63,288 bases of DNA, filler included, from 5 parts of 5 records of this genome joined end to end with filler, not necessarily neighbours in it, one strand, 5' to 3'; counted from the first letter of the whole stretch, positions 1 to 10,853 are shown. The notes: generated by a model not told the origin, from the sequence alone. Program-made: numbers and translations.

Positions 1-2310
1 AAAGTTTTCGAGCCATTTGTGCATGGCGTACCAGGCAATCGGGCAACCAATTACAAAAGCAATTGTTACCCATTTAATGAAGTCTTTATTGAGCATGGTA
101 AGTATCTCCCGTACTTTGGCTCCATTTACTTTACGAACACCTATTTCTTTTGTACGCTGTCCTGCAATAAATACCGAAAGGGCAAACAAACCAATTACAG
201 CAATAAAAATGGCCAGGCCGGTAAACACCAGCACAAAAGTTTTCATACCAGCTTCGCGGTGATAAAGGGCTTCAAATTTTTTATCTAAAAATGTGTAACT
301 AAAAGGTGATTCGGGATATGCTGCTATCCAGCTTTTTTTGACAAAATCAATGGTTTGTGCTAAACCTTGCGGTTTTGTACGAACAACCAGGTAATTGTGA
401 AAATTTCGGAGTTGAATAGCAAAAGGACGAAGTTTTTTATGGTACGATTCGAAATGAATGTCTTTGACCACACCAATTATTTTAAGACGTGTAAGCTGTT
501 CGTTGTTCGATCGTACTTCGCTGTTGTAAATATATTTACCCACCGGATCATCTAAGCCCAATACTCTAACCGCCGTTTCATTTAAAATGATGTTGTTCTG
601 GTCGTCATAATTTCTTCCAAAATCACGCCCCTCCAAAACCTCAAAACCAAGCGTAGAAATAAAATCGTAACTTGCTTCGTATGGAATTACAACCTGATGC
701 GAACTTTCGCCCTGTTTTTTCAAATACAAGGGAAAATTAAAGTTGCCATCTCCCGGTACGGTATTAGCAGTTGATACCGAGACAATACCTGGATTGCTTT
801 CCAACGTGGCTTTAAAGTTTTCAAAGTTTTGACCTAAAGCAAAAACAGGAGCATCACAAACCAACACATGTTCTTGATCAAATCCCGGATCTTTACGAAT
901 TAAATAGTTCAACTGCCGCGAAACGCCAATAGACGAAACAATTAAAATAATGGCAATTACAAATTGTGAAACAGCTAGAACCCGACGAAACCCATTCCCA
1001 CTCTTATCTTTCTCAAACGTCGATTTTAACAGGTTTATATTTTTGCTGGCAATTATTTTAAGCGCAGGGTAGATACCACCAAGCACACCTGAAAACAAAA
1101 TGAGGAACAAAATTAGAAAATAAGTTAGTGGCTCGTTAAACGGCTTAAAATGACTGATCCCTGCCGATATTGGCTCCAGAAAATCTATCGCCAACAAACC
1201 GATAAGTAAAGACAAAACCATGGCAATTAAAACAAATACAACCGACTCAGTTATAAATCCCAGCAAAACATTCCTCCTTTGCATTCCTGAGATTTTCCTA
1301 ATCGCCATTTCTTTCGACCGCCTGAGCGTACCAAACGTGCACAAATTAATGTAGTTGAGTAAGGCAATAATTAAAATCATTAACGCAATACCAACAGCTA
1401 TTTTTATATTTCTTATGCTTCCGTTTGCTTGTAATTCCCGTTCATAATTGGAGTGAAGATGAATGCTGGTTATGGGTTGCAAAATATATTTCCAATAATC
1501 GGTTTCGGCTGTTTCGTTTAATGCAAATTGTTTACCATATCCCTGGTTAACATGTTTTTCAACGATGGATTCTAATTTTGACTCCACAAGTTTGGGATCC
1601 GATTTAGGTCCTAAAAGCGCATAGGTATAGTAGGTATTATTCAACCAATGGTTTGTATGACTATCAGGATCGCCGTTACTTGAAAATAAAATATCAAAAT
1701 TGAAATGCAATTGTTTTGGTGGATTCTCACAAATTCCCATAATTTGGTAAGGCCTGTACCTCCCAAATATTTTTAGGTCCAGGCTTTCGCCCATTACCTC
1801 CCCCTCTGCATAAGCTTCTTCTCCAAAATATTTTAGCGCAGTTTCTTCGGTAATAACTATTGCATATCTGTCTTTTAAACATGTTTTTGGATCTCCTTGT
1901 AGAAGTTCGAAATTAAAAACTTCAAAGAAGTTGGAGTCGGCTTCGGTAACATATTTCTCATTGTAAGTAATGGATTCACCTTCCTTATTTACTCTTTTTA
2001 CCGAAAGCATCCACTGCCATAAACGAGTGGCTTTCTCTACTTCCGGAACTTCACGAACCAGGGTCTTTGCCAAAGGAGGTGCAGCCATCGAAGAACTAAA
2101 ATCAGTTCCTCCCAATCTAACTTTGGAAGCTACTCGGTATAATTGTTCATGTTGAGAAAAGTGTTTATCGTATTTGAATTCGTTTTGCACATAGGAATAA
2201 ATAAGCAGACAGGAAGTAAAAGCAATTACCAGGCTCAGCACATTTATTCCCGAAATTGTCCTGTTTTTTAGCAGGTTCCGAACGAACTGGTTTATAAAGG
2301 TCTTGGTCAT
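1..2310 (-). CDS. FtsX/MacB-like ABC transporter permease, 3'-truncated by window edge
   Basis: ATG at 2310 reads MTKTFINQFVRNLLKNRTISGINVLSLVIAF..; not in ORF track because no stop inside window; same N-terminal architecture as neighbouring permeases. Confidence 0.85.
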   Translation of the reverse strand, partial: MTKTFINQFVRNLLKNRTISGINVLSLVIAFTSCLLIYSYVQNEFKYDKHFSQHEQLYRVASKVRLGGTDFSSSMAAPPLAKTLVREVPEVEKATRLWQWMLSVKRVNKEGESITYNEKYVTEADSNFFEVFNFELLQGDPKTCLKDRYAIVITEETALKYFGEEAYAEGEVMGESLDLKIFGRYRPYQIMGICENPPKQLHFNFDILFSSNGDPDSHTNHWLNNTYYTYALLGPKSDPKLVESKLESIVEKHVNQGYGKQFALNETAETDYWKYILQPITSIHLHSNYERELQANGSIRNIKIAVGIALMILIIALLNYINLCTFGTLRRSKEMAIRKISGMQRRNVLLGFITESVVFVLIAMVLSLLIGLLAIDFLEPISAGISHFKPFNEPLTYFLILFLILFSGVLGGIYPALKIIASKNINLLKSTFEKDKSGNGFRRVLAVSQFVIAIILIVSSIGVSRQLNYLIRKDPGFDQEHVLVCDAPVFALGQNFENFKATLESNPGIVSVSTANTVPGDGNFNFPLYLKKQGESSHQVVIPYEASYDFISTLGFEVLEGRDFGRNYDDQNNIILNETAVRVLGLDDPVGKYIYNSEVRSNNEQLTRLKIIGVVKDIHFESYHKKLRPFAIQLRNFHNYLVVRTKPQGLAQTIDFVKKSWIAAYPESPFSYTFLDKKFEALYHREAGMKTFVLVFTGLAIFIAVIGLFALSVFIAGQRTKEIGVRKVNGAKVREILTMLNKDFIKWVTIAFVIGCPIAWYAMHKWLENF

Positions 2311-2557
2311 TTTTTTAGGTTTTATATGGTTCTGGTTTTTTATATTATTACTTATAAATCAATGCTTCTTACCCAACTGTGTGGTTGTGATTTCGAGCTG
2401 CCGATCTTCATCTTTTATTCACCCTTACCTGCCCGACTTATTGGGATCTTCGATTGGAGTATTTTCTATTTCATAAATTAAACCTCTCATTCTTCTTATT
2501 CCCTTTTCTCACAGCTCACTCCCTAAGCCCCTTTTAGAAGTTTCGGGAAAACAAACG

Positions 2558-4906
2558 TTATTCGTACCTTAACGCCTTCACCGGATTCTGTATAGCCGCT
2601 TTATATGCCAGGAATCCGCTTGAGACAATAATAATCAGAATAGATCCAATTGCAACGAATAAAATATCCCAAACAGTAGCCTGGTATTTATAGGCACCGG
2701 GTGTTGATCTTTGTAGTATTGGGAAAACCGGCACAACATTTATAATCGCAATTAAAATAAGTACGATTAACTTTTTGATGGGCAATATAAACATTTGAGT
2801 TGTTTTTGCACCATGCACTTTCCGAATGCCTATTTCTTTTATCTTTTGTTGTGTGGTGAAAACAACCAATCCAAATATTCCTACAAGGGCAATTATAATT
2901 GCTAAAACAGTAAAAAATCCGGATGTATTTCTAACGTTGGTCCATATATCAAGTTCTTTTCTATCTCTGTCTTCATCAAATTCATAAATATTGAAAATCG
3001 AGTTTGGGAAAAATCCGGCAAGCTTATTTTTTACTTCTTTTTTTGCCTGATAGATTTTTTCGGAATTCACTAAGAAGGTAAAACAAGTTGATTGATCCAG
3101 GTTACCGTCATGCAATAATAAAAAGTACGGCTCTATTAAATGATGCAAATCATTCTGATTGAAATCTTTCATAACGCCAATTACCTCATATCTTTTACCT
3201 CCATCTTCAATCCACTTACCAATAGCATTTTTCCATCCAAATTTTTTAACCGCTATTTCATTAACAATGCATTTGTTTACATCAGTTGAGTATTCTTGAG
3301 AAAAGTTACGCCCCTCAAGAAGAGTAAAATTATAGGTGTTTATAAAATCGTAACAGGCTTTGTTATAATGAACACTGGTTAGTTCATCTTTTGGACCTCC
3401 TTCGTAAAAAATATCTGTTCCCCAATTGTGATGTAACGGTGTATTACCCGATAAACTTAAGTTTTTTATATCCGGATTGCTAAGGATTTCGTTACGCAAA
3501 ACATTGTAAGAAACGTGGCTGTTATTAGATGGTATCCGGGTGTGTAATAGATATTCTTTATTAAAACCTACATCTTTATTTTCCAGGAAATTGACTTGTT
3601 TGTAGATCCAAATACTTGATCCGAATAAAATGGTTGAAAGTATAAATTGAACATATACCATAACCATCATGCCCGAAGATTTTCTTTTTATACCGGAAAA
3701 ATTGGTTTGTCCTTTTAGCATTTTTATCGGATTGTATCCCGAAGCAACATAGGCGGGGTATATTCCGGCTAAAAAGCCGGCAATAATTATAATTCCAAGC
3801 ATAAAAAAAATCAGTCCCGCGTCATTAAAAACCGACAAGGTAATTTCCCGCTTTACCACAGTCCTGAAAAACGGCATACAAACAAATGTTAGTAAAAGAG
3901 CTATAAAAAAAGCGAATACTGATATAATTATCGATTCGGATAAAAATTGCCAACGAATTTTTCCTCTGCTGCTTCCGTTTGTTTTTCTAATAGCAATTTC
4001 TTTTGAACGTTTGGTTGACATAGAAGTGGAAAGGTTCATAAAATTTACTTTGGCCAAAAGTAAAATCAGAATGCCCATTAAAGAATAGAAAAACACTCCA
4101 CTTTTTGCATCTCTTGATTCGTCGGGATCAAGATGAAGCTTTTGCAGGGGATGGAGATACAGATAAGATTTATTTAAAGAGAGATGATCTTCGTAGATAT
4201 TTCTAATTTGATGATCAACAAAAGAAACTGATGAACCGGGTTTTAGCAACACATAGGTCATATAGGAGGCACTGCTCCATTCATTGAAGTGTTTACTACT
4301 TGCCTCTTTTATGGAACGAATATAACCAGCCCGAATATGGGAATTTGCCGGAATATCTTCCATTATTCCTGTAACCAATAATTCGTTTTTTTCTTTATCA
4401 TAAATTATCTCACCAACAGGGTTTTGATCTGGAAAGTATTTTTGGGCCATTGTTTGCGATAAAACAATAGCATTGGGCTGGTCTAGAACATTTTCCTTAT
4501 TACCTTGAATTAATTTGAAAGAAAATATGTCAAATATATCACTGGGTGCAGATGCTCCAAATTGCTCAACAAATGTTAATTCCGGTGTCGATGAAAAAAT
4601 CTTGTTCTTTTCTGTATCTATTGAAATCGCTTCTTCTACTTCCGGGATATTGTTTTTTAAATGGTTAGCAACAGGAAAAGATGTTAGGGTATTAACATCC
4701 AGTCTATCTCCTTTTTTATAGCCTTGTACCCTGTAAATCCTGTCGAAATTCGTATTGAAAGTATCCCAGCTTTTTTCGTATTGTGTATATTTTGCAATAA
4801 GAATAAACGCTGTAATACCTAAGGATAACCCAACAATCTGGATAGAAGAAAGCAATCTGTTTCTTTTAATATTTCGAATTGCTATGTTTATAAAATGTTT
4901 AATCAT
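2558..4906 (-). CDS. FtsX/MacB-like ABC transporter permease
   Basis: 782 aa; two KEI(A/G)IRKxxG motifs; C-terminus NPVKALRYE. Confidence 0.92.
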   Translation of the reverse strand: MIKHFINIAIRNIKRNRLLSSIQIVGLSLGITAFILIAKYTQYEKSWDTFNTNFDRIYRVQGYKKGDRLDVNTLTSFPVANHLKNNIPEVEEAISIDTEKNKIFSSTPELTFVEQFGASAPSDIFDIFSFKLIQGNKENVLDQPNAIVLSQTMAQKYFPDQNPVGEIIYDKEKNELLVTGIMEDIPANSHIRAGYIRSIKEASSKHFNEWSSASYMTYVLLKPGSSVSFVDHQIRNIYEDHLSLNKSYLYLHPLQKLHLDPDESRDAKSGVFFYSLMGILILLLAKVNFMNLSTSMSTKRSKEIAIRKTNGSSRGKIRWQFLSESIIISVFAFFIALLLTFVCMPFFRTVVKREITLSVFNDAGLIFFMLGIIIIAGFLAGIYPAYVASGYNPIKMLKGQTNFSGIKRKSSGMMVMVYVQFILSTILFGSSIWIYKQVNFLENKDVGFNKEYLLHTRIPSNNSHVSYNVLRNEILSNPDIKNLSLSGNTPLHHNWGTDIFYEGGPKDELTSVHYNKACYDFINTYNFTLLEGRNFSQEYSTDVNKCIVNEIAVKKFGWKNAIGKWIEDGGKRYEVIGVMKDFNQNDLHHLIEPYFLLLHDGNLDQSTCFTFLVNSEKIYQAKKEVKNKLAGFFPNSIFNIYEFDEDRDRKELDIWTNVRNTSGFFTVLAIIIALVGIFGLVVFTTQQKIKEIGIRKVHGAKTTQMFILPIKKLIVLILIAIINVVPVFPILQRSTPGAYKYQATVWDILFVAIGSILIIIVSSGFLAYKAAIQNPVKALRYE

Positions 4907-4942
4907 AATCTTTTAAAGTTTCTGTTTTAATCGAAAAGGAAA

Positions 4943-7357
4943 TCACTCGTATCTCAAGGCTTCTACCGGATTTCTTGTAGCCGTTTTCCAACTCTGCCAG
5001 CTTACTGTTAATAACGCAATACCTGTTGTTAAAGCAGCTGCCAGTGCAAATATCCACCAGCTCAATGTAGTTTTGTATGCAAAATTATTGAGCCATTGTA
5101 GCATAACCCCCAGACAAACTGGAATTGAGATTGCTACCGATAATAATACCAAAAGCATATATTTACTCACAATCAACCACCAGATTGTAGCTTCGGAAGC
5201 GCCATTTATTTTTCGAATTGCTAACTCTTTTACTTTTGTTTTTATTGAGAAAAACAAAATGGCATACAGCCCGATACAGGCAACAAGAATAGACAATACC
5301 GCTAGAACCAGCATCAGTTTTTTTGCCTGTCGGTCTTTGTAATATTTTTGTGCCAGTGCATCATCAAGAAACTCGTAATATAACGGTCTTTTTATTTGGT
5401 ATTCGCCCCAAAGAGATGACAATGCCGTTAAAGCTTCTGTTATTTGATTGTTGTTGATTTTCATCGCAACATTTCCAATGTATTTGCCCCGAAATATTAC
5501 TAAGGGCTCAATTTTATGGTGTAGCGATCTATAATTGTAATTTTTTACCACGCCTATAATTTTATAGGTTTCATCGCCAACAATATATTGATCGAGAATA
5601 TCGCCTTTGCCCTTAAACTCATGTGCTGCTGTTTCGTTTAAAATAACACTGTTGTTATCGGCATTGAGTTTTTCACTAAAACCACGTCCTTTTACGAGTT
5701 GTAGTCCGTAAGTGTTAAAATAATCGCCATCAATCAAAAAATGATTGGCAGCAAGCTGATTGTCGGCATCTCCCGTGCGATTGAAATAAACCGACGTTAA
5801 TTCGGGATCATCACCAATAAAATTACTAACAAGGCAAACATCCTCCACCGATGTATATGTTTTTAGTTTTTCCATAAAGTGAAGGCGATTGGGACGATTT
5901 AGGTCGTACAAACGAAACATTACAATGTTCTTTTCGCCGTAATCCCTGTTTTTAGAATTCAGGAAACTTAATTGTTTTTGTACAATAAGCGTACTCAGAA
6001 TAATCATTACCGACAAGGCAAATTGTACAATGATAAGCGTATTCTTTAAGCCACCCAGAGAACCCGACTTCGAACTTTTTGAATTGAGTAAGGATAAAAC
6101 ATTTAGCCTTGAATAATAAGAAATCGGAATCATATTTATCAGAATGCTACAAACAATAATTCCAAGAAAGCTAAACGATAAAATTTTAATTAAATCGTTA
6201 TGAGCAAGAGAAATAACGATATCCAAGTGTTTTACCAACATATTTTTTGTGGCGACATAAATAACGATGCCTAACGCAAAACCCATTGCCCAGTACAAAA
6301 TAGTTTCGATTAGTAACATTTGGGTTAGTTGCATTTTGAATGCTCCGTTTGTTTTTCGCACGCCGATTTCTTTTATCCGAAGCGAAAGAGAAGCTAATGT
6401 CAGGTTTACAAAGTTTATCCCCGATATCAGAAAAATAATAAAAGCAATTGCCCCGACACCGTACAAATAAATTTTATTCGATGTTTTTGCTGAATCGAAA
6501 GCGTGATTCGACAAATGAATTTTTGTCAAAACTTCGGAGTGATATTTTATCGGGATATCCTCCGATTTAGTTAAATTTTTGTAACTGTTTCCGGGTGTTT
6601 TTTTAATGATACCATCGCCGTCGATATCAGTTTGTCCATAGATTAGTTTTGTAATTTTAAAATCTAACGCATTGACTTTGCCGGTGTTGGCAGTTTTAAT
6701 GTAGGTCGTAACATTTTTATCTTTCCAACTCTGCATTGTCGGATCAATAGTATTATTGATGTTTACGATAACATTCGCTTCTAAATGTGAATTTTGGGGC
6801 AAATTGCAAAATACCGACGATACAACATACGATTCGTATTGTTTGCCGTGTTTGATTTTTAATTCGTGTCCAAGTGGATTTTCATTGCCAAAGTATATTG
6901 AGGCAATTTTTTCGGAAATAGCAATGCTTTTTTTATCGGGCAATGCCGATGACAAATTCTTTTTGTAAGAAATACCAAAAAAATCAAGAAAATTTGGATC
7001 TGCAAAAATCACTCCCGTAACATTACTGATTTTATTATTCACCTCAATAAAAGCATTCCCCTGATTCTGAATCCGGAGCGATTTTTCTATCTCAGGAATT
7101 TCTTTTACATATTCAGCCAACAGCGACGATGTTGCCACTGAATTAATACTTTGTCCGACGAGTTCGCCCTGTCGGTAAACCCGATATATGTTGTCTTTAT
7201 CGGGTACATAATTATCGAAACTAAGTTCGGAATAAATATATACAGCAGTTAAGATGACTACCGCAAACGATATTCCCAAACCAATAAGTTTGGCAAACGA
7301 TAAAGTTCGATTTTTAAGTAACTGTCTGAATGTGATTTTAATGTAGTTGCTATTCAC
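4943..7357 (-). CDS. FtsX/MacB-like ABC transporter permease
   Basis: 804 aa; KEIGVRKTNGA and KELAIRKINGA motifs; ends RNPVEALRYE; GTG start. Confidence 0.92.
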   Translation of the reverse strand: MNSNYIKITFRQLLKNRTLSFAKLIGLGISFAVVILTAVYIYSELSFDNYVPDKDNIYRVYRQGELVGQSINSVATSSLLAEYVKEIPEIEKSLRIQNQGNAFIEVNNKISNVTGVIFADPNFLDFFGISYKKNLSSALPDKKSIAISEKIASIYFGNENPLGHELKIKHGKQYESYVVSSVFCNLPQNSHLEANVIVNINNTIDPTMQSWKDKNVTTYIKTANTGKVNALDFKITKLIYGQTDIDGDGIIKKTPGNSYKNLTKSEDIPIKYHSEVLTKIHLSNHAFDSAKTSNKIYLYGVGAIAFIIFLISGINFVNLTLASLSLRIKEIGVRKTNGAFKMQLTQMLLIETILYWAMGFALGIVIYVATKNMLVKHLDIVISLAHNDLIKILSFSFLGIIVCSILINMIPISYYSRLNVLSLLNSKSSKSGSLGGLKNTLIIVQFALSVMIILSTLIVQKQLSFLNSKNRDYGEKNIVMFRLYDLNRPNRLHFMEKLKTYTSVEDVCLVSNFIGDDPELTSVYFNRTGDADNQLAANHFLIDGDYFNTYGLQLVKGRGFSEKLNADNNSVILNETAAHEFKGKGDILDQYIVGDETYKIIGVVKNYNYRSLHHKIEPLVIFRGKYIGNVAMKINNNQITEALTALSSLWGEYQIKRPLYYEFLDDALAQKYYKDRQAKKLMLVLAVLSILVACIGLYAILFFSIKTKVKELAIRKINGASEATIWWLIVSKYMLLVLLSVAISIPVCLGVMLQWLNNFAYKTTLSWWIFALAAALTTGIALLTVSWQSWKTATRNPVEALRYE

Positions 7358-7427
7358 TTTAAAGCTGTTAATATTTGTTGTTCCATTTCATTTATTATTC
7401 TCTTTTCAATTTTACAGCATCCCAATT

Positions 7428-7455
7428 CTCCCCCTTCGGGGGAGTTAGAGGGGGC
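7428..7455. repeat. REP-like GC-rich palindrome
   Basis: CTCCCCC-TTC-GGGGGAG hairpin followed by TTAGAGGGGGC immediately after a stop codon in AT-rich DNA. Confidence 0.55.
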
Positions 7456-7457
7456 TT

Positions 7458-7554
7458 CTATTCATACCTCAAAGCTTCCACCGGATTTCGAGTCGCAGCC
7501 TTCCACGATTGGAAAGAAACAGTCAACAATGCAATGCCCAATGCCAACACTCCT
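7458..7554 (-). CDS. C-terminal fragment of a fourth FtsX-like permease
   Basis: Reverse strand reads ..GVLALGIALLTVSFQSWKAATRNPVEALRYE*; 5' part lost at gap. Confidence 0.85.
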
Positions 7555-7654
7555 NNNNNNNNNNNNNNNNNNNNNNNNNNNNNNNNNNNNNNNNNNNNTT
7601 AATTAATTAANNNNNNNNNNNNNNNNNNNNNNNNNNNNNNNNNNNNNNNNNNNN
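7555..7654. other. Artificial contig spacer
   Basis: N-run with TTAATTAATTAA (stops in six frames). Confidence 0.99.
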
Positions 7655-7655
7655 G

Positions 7656-10022
7656 GTTGGAATAATTGTCGGATTACTGGCTGCCCTTCAACTGGCGTTT
7701 CCTGTATTTAATTTCAATATGGAGTATACATCTTTTGGACGTGTTCGTCCGATTCACACCAACGCCATAATATTTGCTTTTGTAGGAAATGCCATTTTTG
7801 CCGGTGTTTATTATTCACTTCAGAAACTACTAAAAGCAAGGCTATTCAGCGATGTTTTAAGTAAAATACACTTTTGGGGCTGGCAGCTTATTATTGTTCT
7901 TGCAGCAGTAACTTTTGTTTTAGGAATTACAACATCGAAAGAATATGCAGAACTGGAATGGCCCATCGACATATTAATAGCCGTTGTTTGGGTTATTTTT
8001 GGCTGGAACATGATTGGTACCATAATAAAAAGGAGAGTTCAGCATATTTATGCCGCCATTTGGTGGTACCTGGCTACATTTCTGGGTGTTGCCATTTTAC
8101 ATGTAGTTAACTCGTTTGCATTACCCATTTCACTTACAAAAAGTTATTCCATTTACGCCGGAGCTCAGGATGCAGTGGTACAATGGTGGTACGGACACAA
8201 TGCCGTGGCATTTTTCCTGACAACTCCATTTCTTGGTTTAATGTATTACTATCTGCCAAAAGCTGCTAACCGTCCAATATATTCTTATAAATTATCAATT
8301 ATCCATTTCTGGTCGCTTATCTTTTTATATATGTGGGCAGGCCCGCACCATTTATTATATCAGGCATTGCCAGAATGGGCACAAGCGCTGGGTGTAACAT
8401 TCTCAATTATGTTGATTGCCCCGTCGTGGGGAGGAATGATAAACGGACTTTTAACATTACGCGGAGCCTGGGATAAAGTACGCGACAGTGCAGCACTCAA
8501 ATTTTTTGTTATTGCAATAACTGCCTACGGAATGTCGACATTTGAAGGGCCAATGATGTCGCTGAAAAGTGTAAATCAGATTACGCATTTCACCGACTGG
8601 ACCATTGCGCATACCCACATTGCAGGAATGGCCTGGAACGGAGGTATCGTTTTTGGTATTTTATACTGGCTCGTTCCTAAAATGTTTAAAACAAAATTAT
8701 TCTCCGAAAAACTGGCAAATACCCACTTTTGGTTAGCCACACTTTCCATTCTAATTTATGCAATTCCGCTTTACTGGGCAGCAGTTACACAATGGTTAAT
8801 GTTAAGAGAATATACAGAAGAGGGATATTTAGCTTATCCTAATTTCCTTGAAACACTTACACAAATATTACCCATGTATACCGTTCGGATAATAGGAGGT
8901 GCATTGTATCTCATGGGATTTTTGGTAATGGTTTACAACCTGTTTAAAACAATGGCAGCTGGACAAGTGGAAAGCAATGAAGCGGCTGAAGCTCCTGCGC
9001 TGGTATTACAAGGTGCCCGAAATCCTGTAAAAGAAACCATTCACCGCTGGATGGAAAGAAAAGCAGTCCGGTTTTCAATTTGGGTTTTTATTGCACTGGT
9101 AATTGGTGGTGCGGTAGAAATTATTCCAATGATTTTTATTAAATCAAATGTTCCAACTATAGATTCGGTAAAACCTTACACTCCTCTGGAACTAGAGGGT
9201 CGCGATATCTACATTTCTGAAGGATGTTACACCTGCCACTCACAAATGGTTCGTCCGTTCCGCTGGGAAACCGATCGGTACGGAGAGTACTCAAAAATTG
9301 GTGAATTTGTTTACGATCATCCATATCAGTGGGGTTCAAGAAGAACAGGACCAGACTTAGGAAGAGCTGGAGTAATTGGGGGACCAATGTATAAAAATGC
9401 TGCCTGGCATTACAACCATTTTATGGATCCTCAAAAAATGAATGAACAATCGATTATGCCAAATTATGCCTGGTTTGCTAAAAAAGATGTAGATCTGGAA
9501 ATGACTCCCGCAAAAATCAGAGCAATGCAAACACTGGGGGTTCCTTACGAAGATGGATACGACGAAAAAGCCGTTGACGATTATATGGCTCAGGCGCAAA
9601 TTATTGTCGACGATTTAAAAGCTTCGGGGATTGATATTGAACCTGCAAAACAAATGGTGGCAATGATTGCCTATATGCACAAATTAGGAAAAGACATTTC
9701 ACCACCACCAGTTTTGGTTGTTGAATCGGATGAACCACAAAAAGAAGAGATCGAACTTTTAACATCGCAGGAAGATTTGGATGCCGCAGAAAAAATGTAC
9801 CAAACAACCTGTACTGTTTGTCATGGTGCCCAAGGCCAAGGTTTTGCAACGTTCCCAAGTTTAATTGATGATGAATGGATTAACGGCAGTTCTCCTGCTC
9901 AAATCTATAACTCTATTGCAAATGGGAATGTAGCCAAAGGAATGATTGCGTATAAAAATCAATATTCCGAAAAGCAAATTACTCAATTAACCAGTTATAT
10001 ACTTGAAACATTAAACAAATGA
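7656..10022 (+). CDS. ccoN: cbb3-type cytochrome c oxidase subunit I/II fusion (CcoN-CcoO) with extra C-terminal cytochrome c domain; 5'-truncated
   Basis: RPIHTNA, QWWYGHNAV, WAGPHH, HTH motifs; CcoO EGCYTCHSQMVRP and WGSRRTGPDL; extra CTVCH; frame open from contig edge (VGIIVGLLAALQLAFP) upstream of 7719. Confidence 0.95.
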   Translation, partial: VGIIVGLLAALQLAFPVFNFNMEYTSFGRVRPIHTNAIIFAFVGNAIFAGVYYSLQKLLKARLFSDVLSKIHFWGWQLIIVLAAVTFVLGITTSKEYAELEWPIDILIAVVWVIFGWNMIGTIIKRRVQHIYAAIWWYLATFLGVAILHVVNSFALPISLTKSYSIYAGAQDAVVQWWYGHNAVAFFLTTPFLGLMYYYLPKAANRPIYSYKLSIIHFWSLIFLYMWAGPHHLLYQALPEWAQALGVTFSIMLIAPSWGGMINGLLTLRGAWDKVRDSAALKFFVIAITAYGMSTFEGPMMSLKSVNQITHFTDWTIAHTHIAGMAWNGGIVFGILYWLVPKMFKTKLFSEKLANTHFWLATLSILIYAIPLYWAAVTQWLMLREYTEEGYLAYPNFLETLTQILPMYTVRIIGGALYLMGFLVMVYNLFKTMAAGQVESNEAAEAPALVLQGARNPVKETIHRWMERKAVRFSIWVFIALVIGGAVEIIPMIFIKSNVPTIDSVKPYTPLELEGRDIYISEGCYTCHSQMVRPFRWETDRYGEYSKIGEFVYDHPYQWGSRRTGPDLGRAGVIGGPMYKNAAWHYNHFMDPQKMNEQSIMPNYAWFAKKDVDLEMTPAKIRAMQTLGVPYEDGYDEKAVDDYMAQAQIIVDDLKASGIDIEPAKQMVAMIAYMHKLGKDISPPPVLVVESDEPQKEEIELLTSQEDLDAAEKMYQTTCTVCHGAQGQGFATFPSLIDDEWINGSSPAQIYNSIANGNVAKGMIAYKNQYSEKQITQLTSYILETLNK

Positions 10023-10213
10023 AAATTGTAAGTAATTTATTGGAAAACATTGAAGGAATCCAAATATTTTATATTGTTGGATTATTAATTTTTGTGATTC
10101 TGTTTATTGTTATACTCATTCGGACTTTAAGAATGTCGGACAATGAAATGAATGAAATTAAAAATTCAATTTTGCAGGATTCTGACACAGAAAATAGTTT
10201 AACACCGAATTAA
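10019..10213 (+). CDS. ccoQ: cbb3 oxidase subunit CcoQ-like small membrane protein
   Basis: 64 aa with a single TM helix, located between ccoNO and ccoP. Confidence 0.75.
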   Translation: MKIVSNLLENIEGIQIFYIVGLLIFVILFIVILIRTLRMSDNEMNEIKNSILQDSDTENSLTPN

Positions 10214-10224
10214 AAATAAGCAAA

Positions 10225-10797
10225 ATGGCAACAGAAAATAAACCGGTCGATCAGCATGAAGAAAACATTACCGAGCATGAATATGATGGCATAAAAGAAT
10301 TGGATAATCCGCCACCACGTTGGATTATGGCCATTTTTTACATTACAATAGGCATTTCCATAATTTATGGAGCCTATTATTTCTGGCTTGGAGTAGGAGA
10401 TCATCAGGATGCAGAATATGTAAAAAAATCGGAAAGACACGATGCCAAATATCAAATGGTTAGTCTTTCTGCCGACGATTTGAGCTGGCTAACTGATGAA
10501 GCTTCAATTGCCGAGGGGAAAACCATTTATCAGGAAATGAACTGTTTTGCCTGCCACGGAATGAATGGTGAAGGAAATGCAATTGGCCCAAATATTACCG
10601 ATAATGCCTGGATTAACGGCTGCGATTTTCAAAGTGTTTTTAACATTATTAAAAACGGAAATCCGGCAAAAGGAATGACCGCTTTCAAAGGCCAGATTAG
10701 CGACGATAAAATTCAGAAAGTAAGCAGTTATATTCATACCCTGGTTGGTACTAATCCGGCAAATGCAAAAGAAGCACAGGGAGAAAAATGTGAATAA
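10225..10797 (+). CDS. ccoP: cbb3 oxidase subunit III (monohaem CcoP)
   Basis: HEYDGIKELDNPPPRW N-terminal motif; single CFACH. Confidence 0.93.
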   Translation: MATENKPVDQHEENITEHEYDGIKELDNPPPRWIMAIFYITIGISIIYGAYYFWLGVGDHQDAEYVKKSERHDAKYQMVSLSADDLSWLTDEASIAEGKTIYQEMNCFACHGMNGEGNAIGPNITDNAWINGCDFQSVFNIIKNGNPAKGMTAFKGQISDDKIQKVSSYIHTLVGTNPANAKEAQGEKCE

Positions 10798-10809
10798 AAA
10801 ATTAATATC

Positions 10810-10836
10810 AAAAAGGGAATAGTTTTCCCTTTTTTT
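10810..10836 (+). terminator. Hairpin plus T-tract between ccoP and ccoG
   Basis: AAAAGGGAA..TTCCCTTTT followed by T-run. Confidence 0.55.
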
Positions 10837-10853
10837 AATTTCAAATTGAACAT

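Noticed and set aside
17-2155. Short plus-strand ORFs in the track
   Set aside because: Antisense shadows of the minus-strand permease at 1-2310.
7375-7602. Plus-strand ORF running into Ns
   Set aside because: Antisense to a permease C-terminus and closed only by the spacer.
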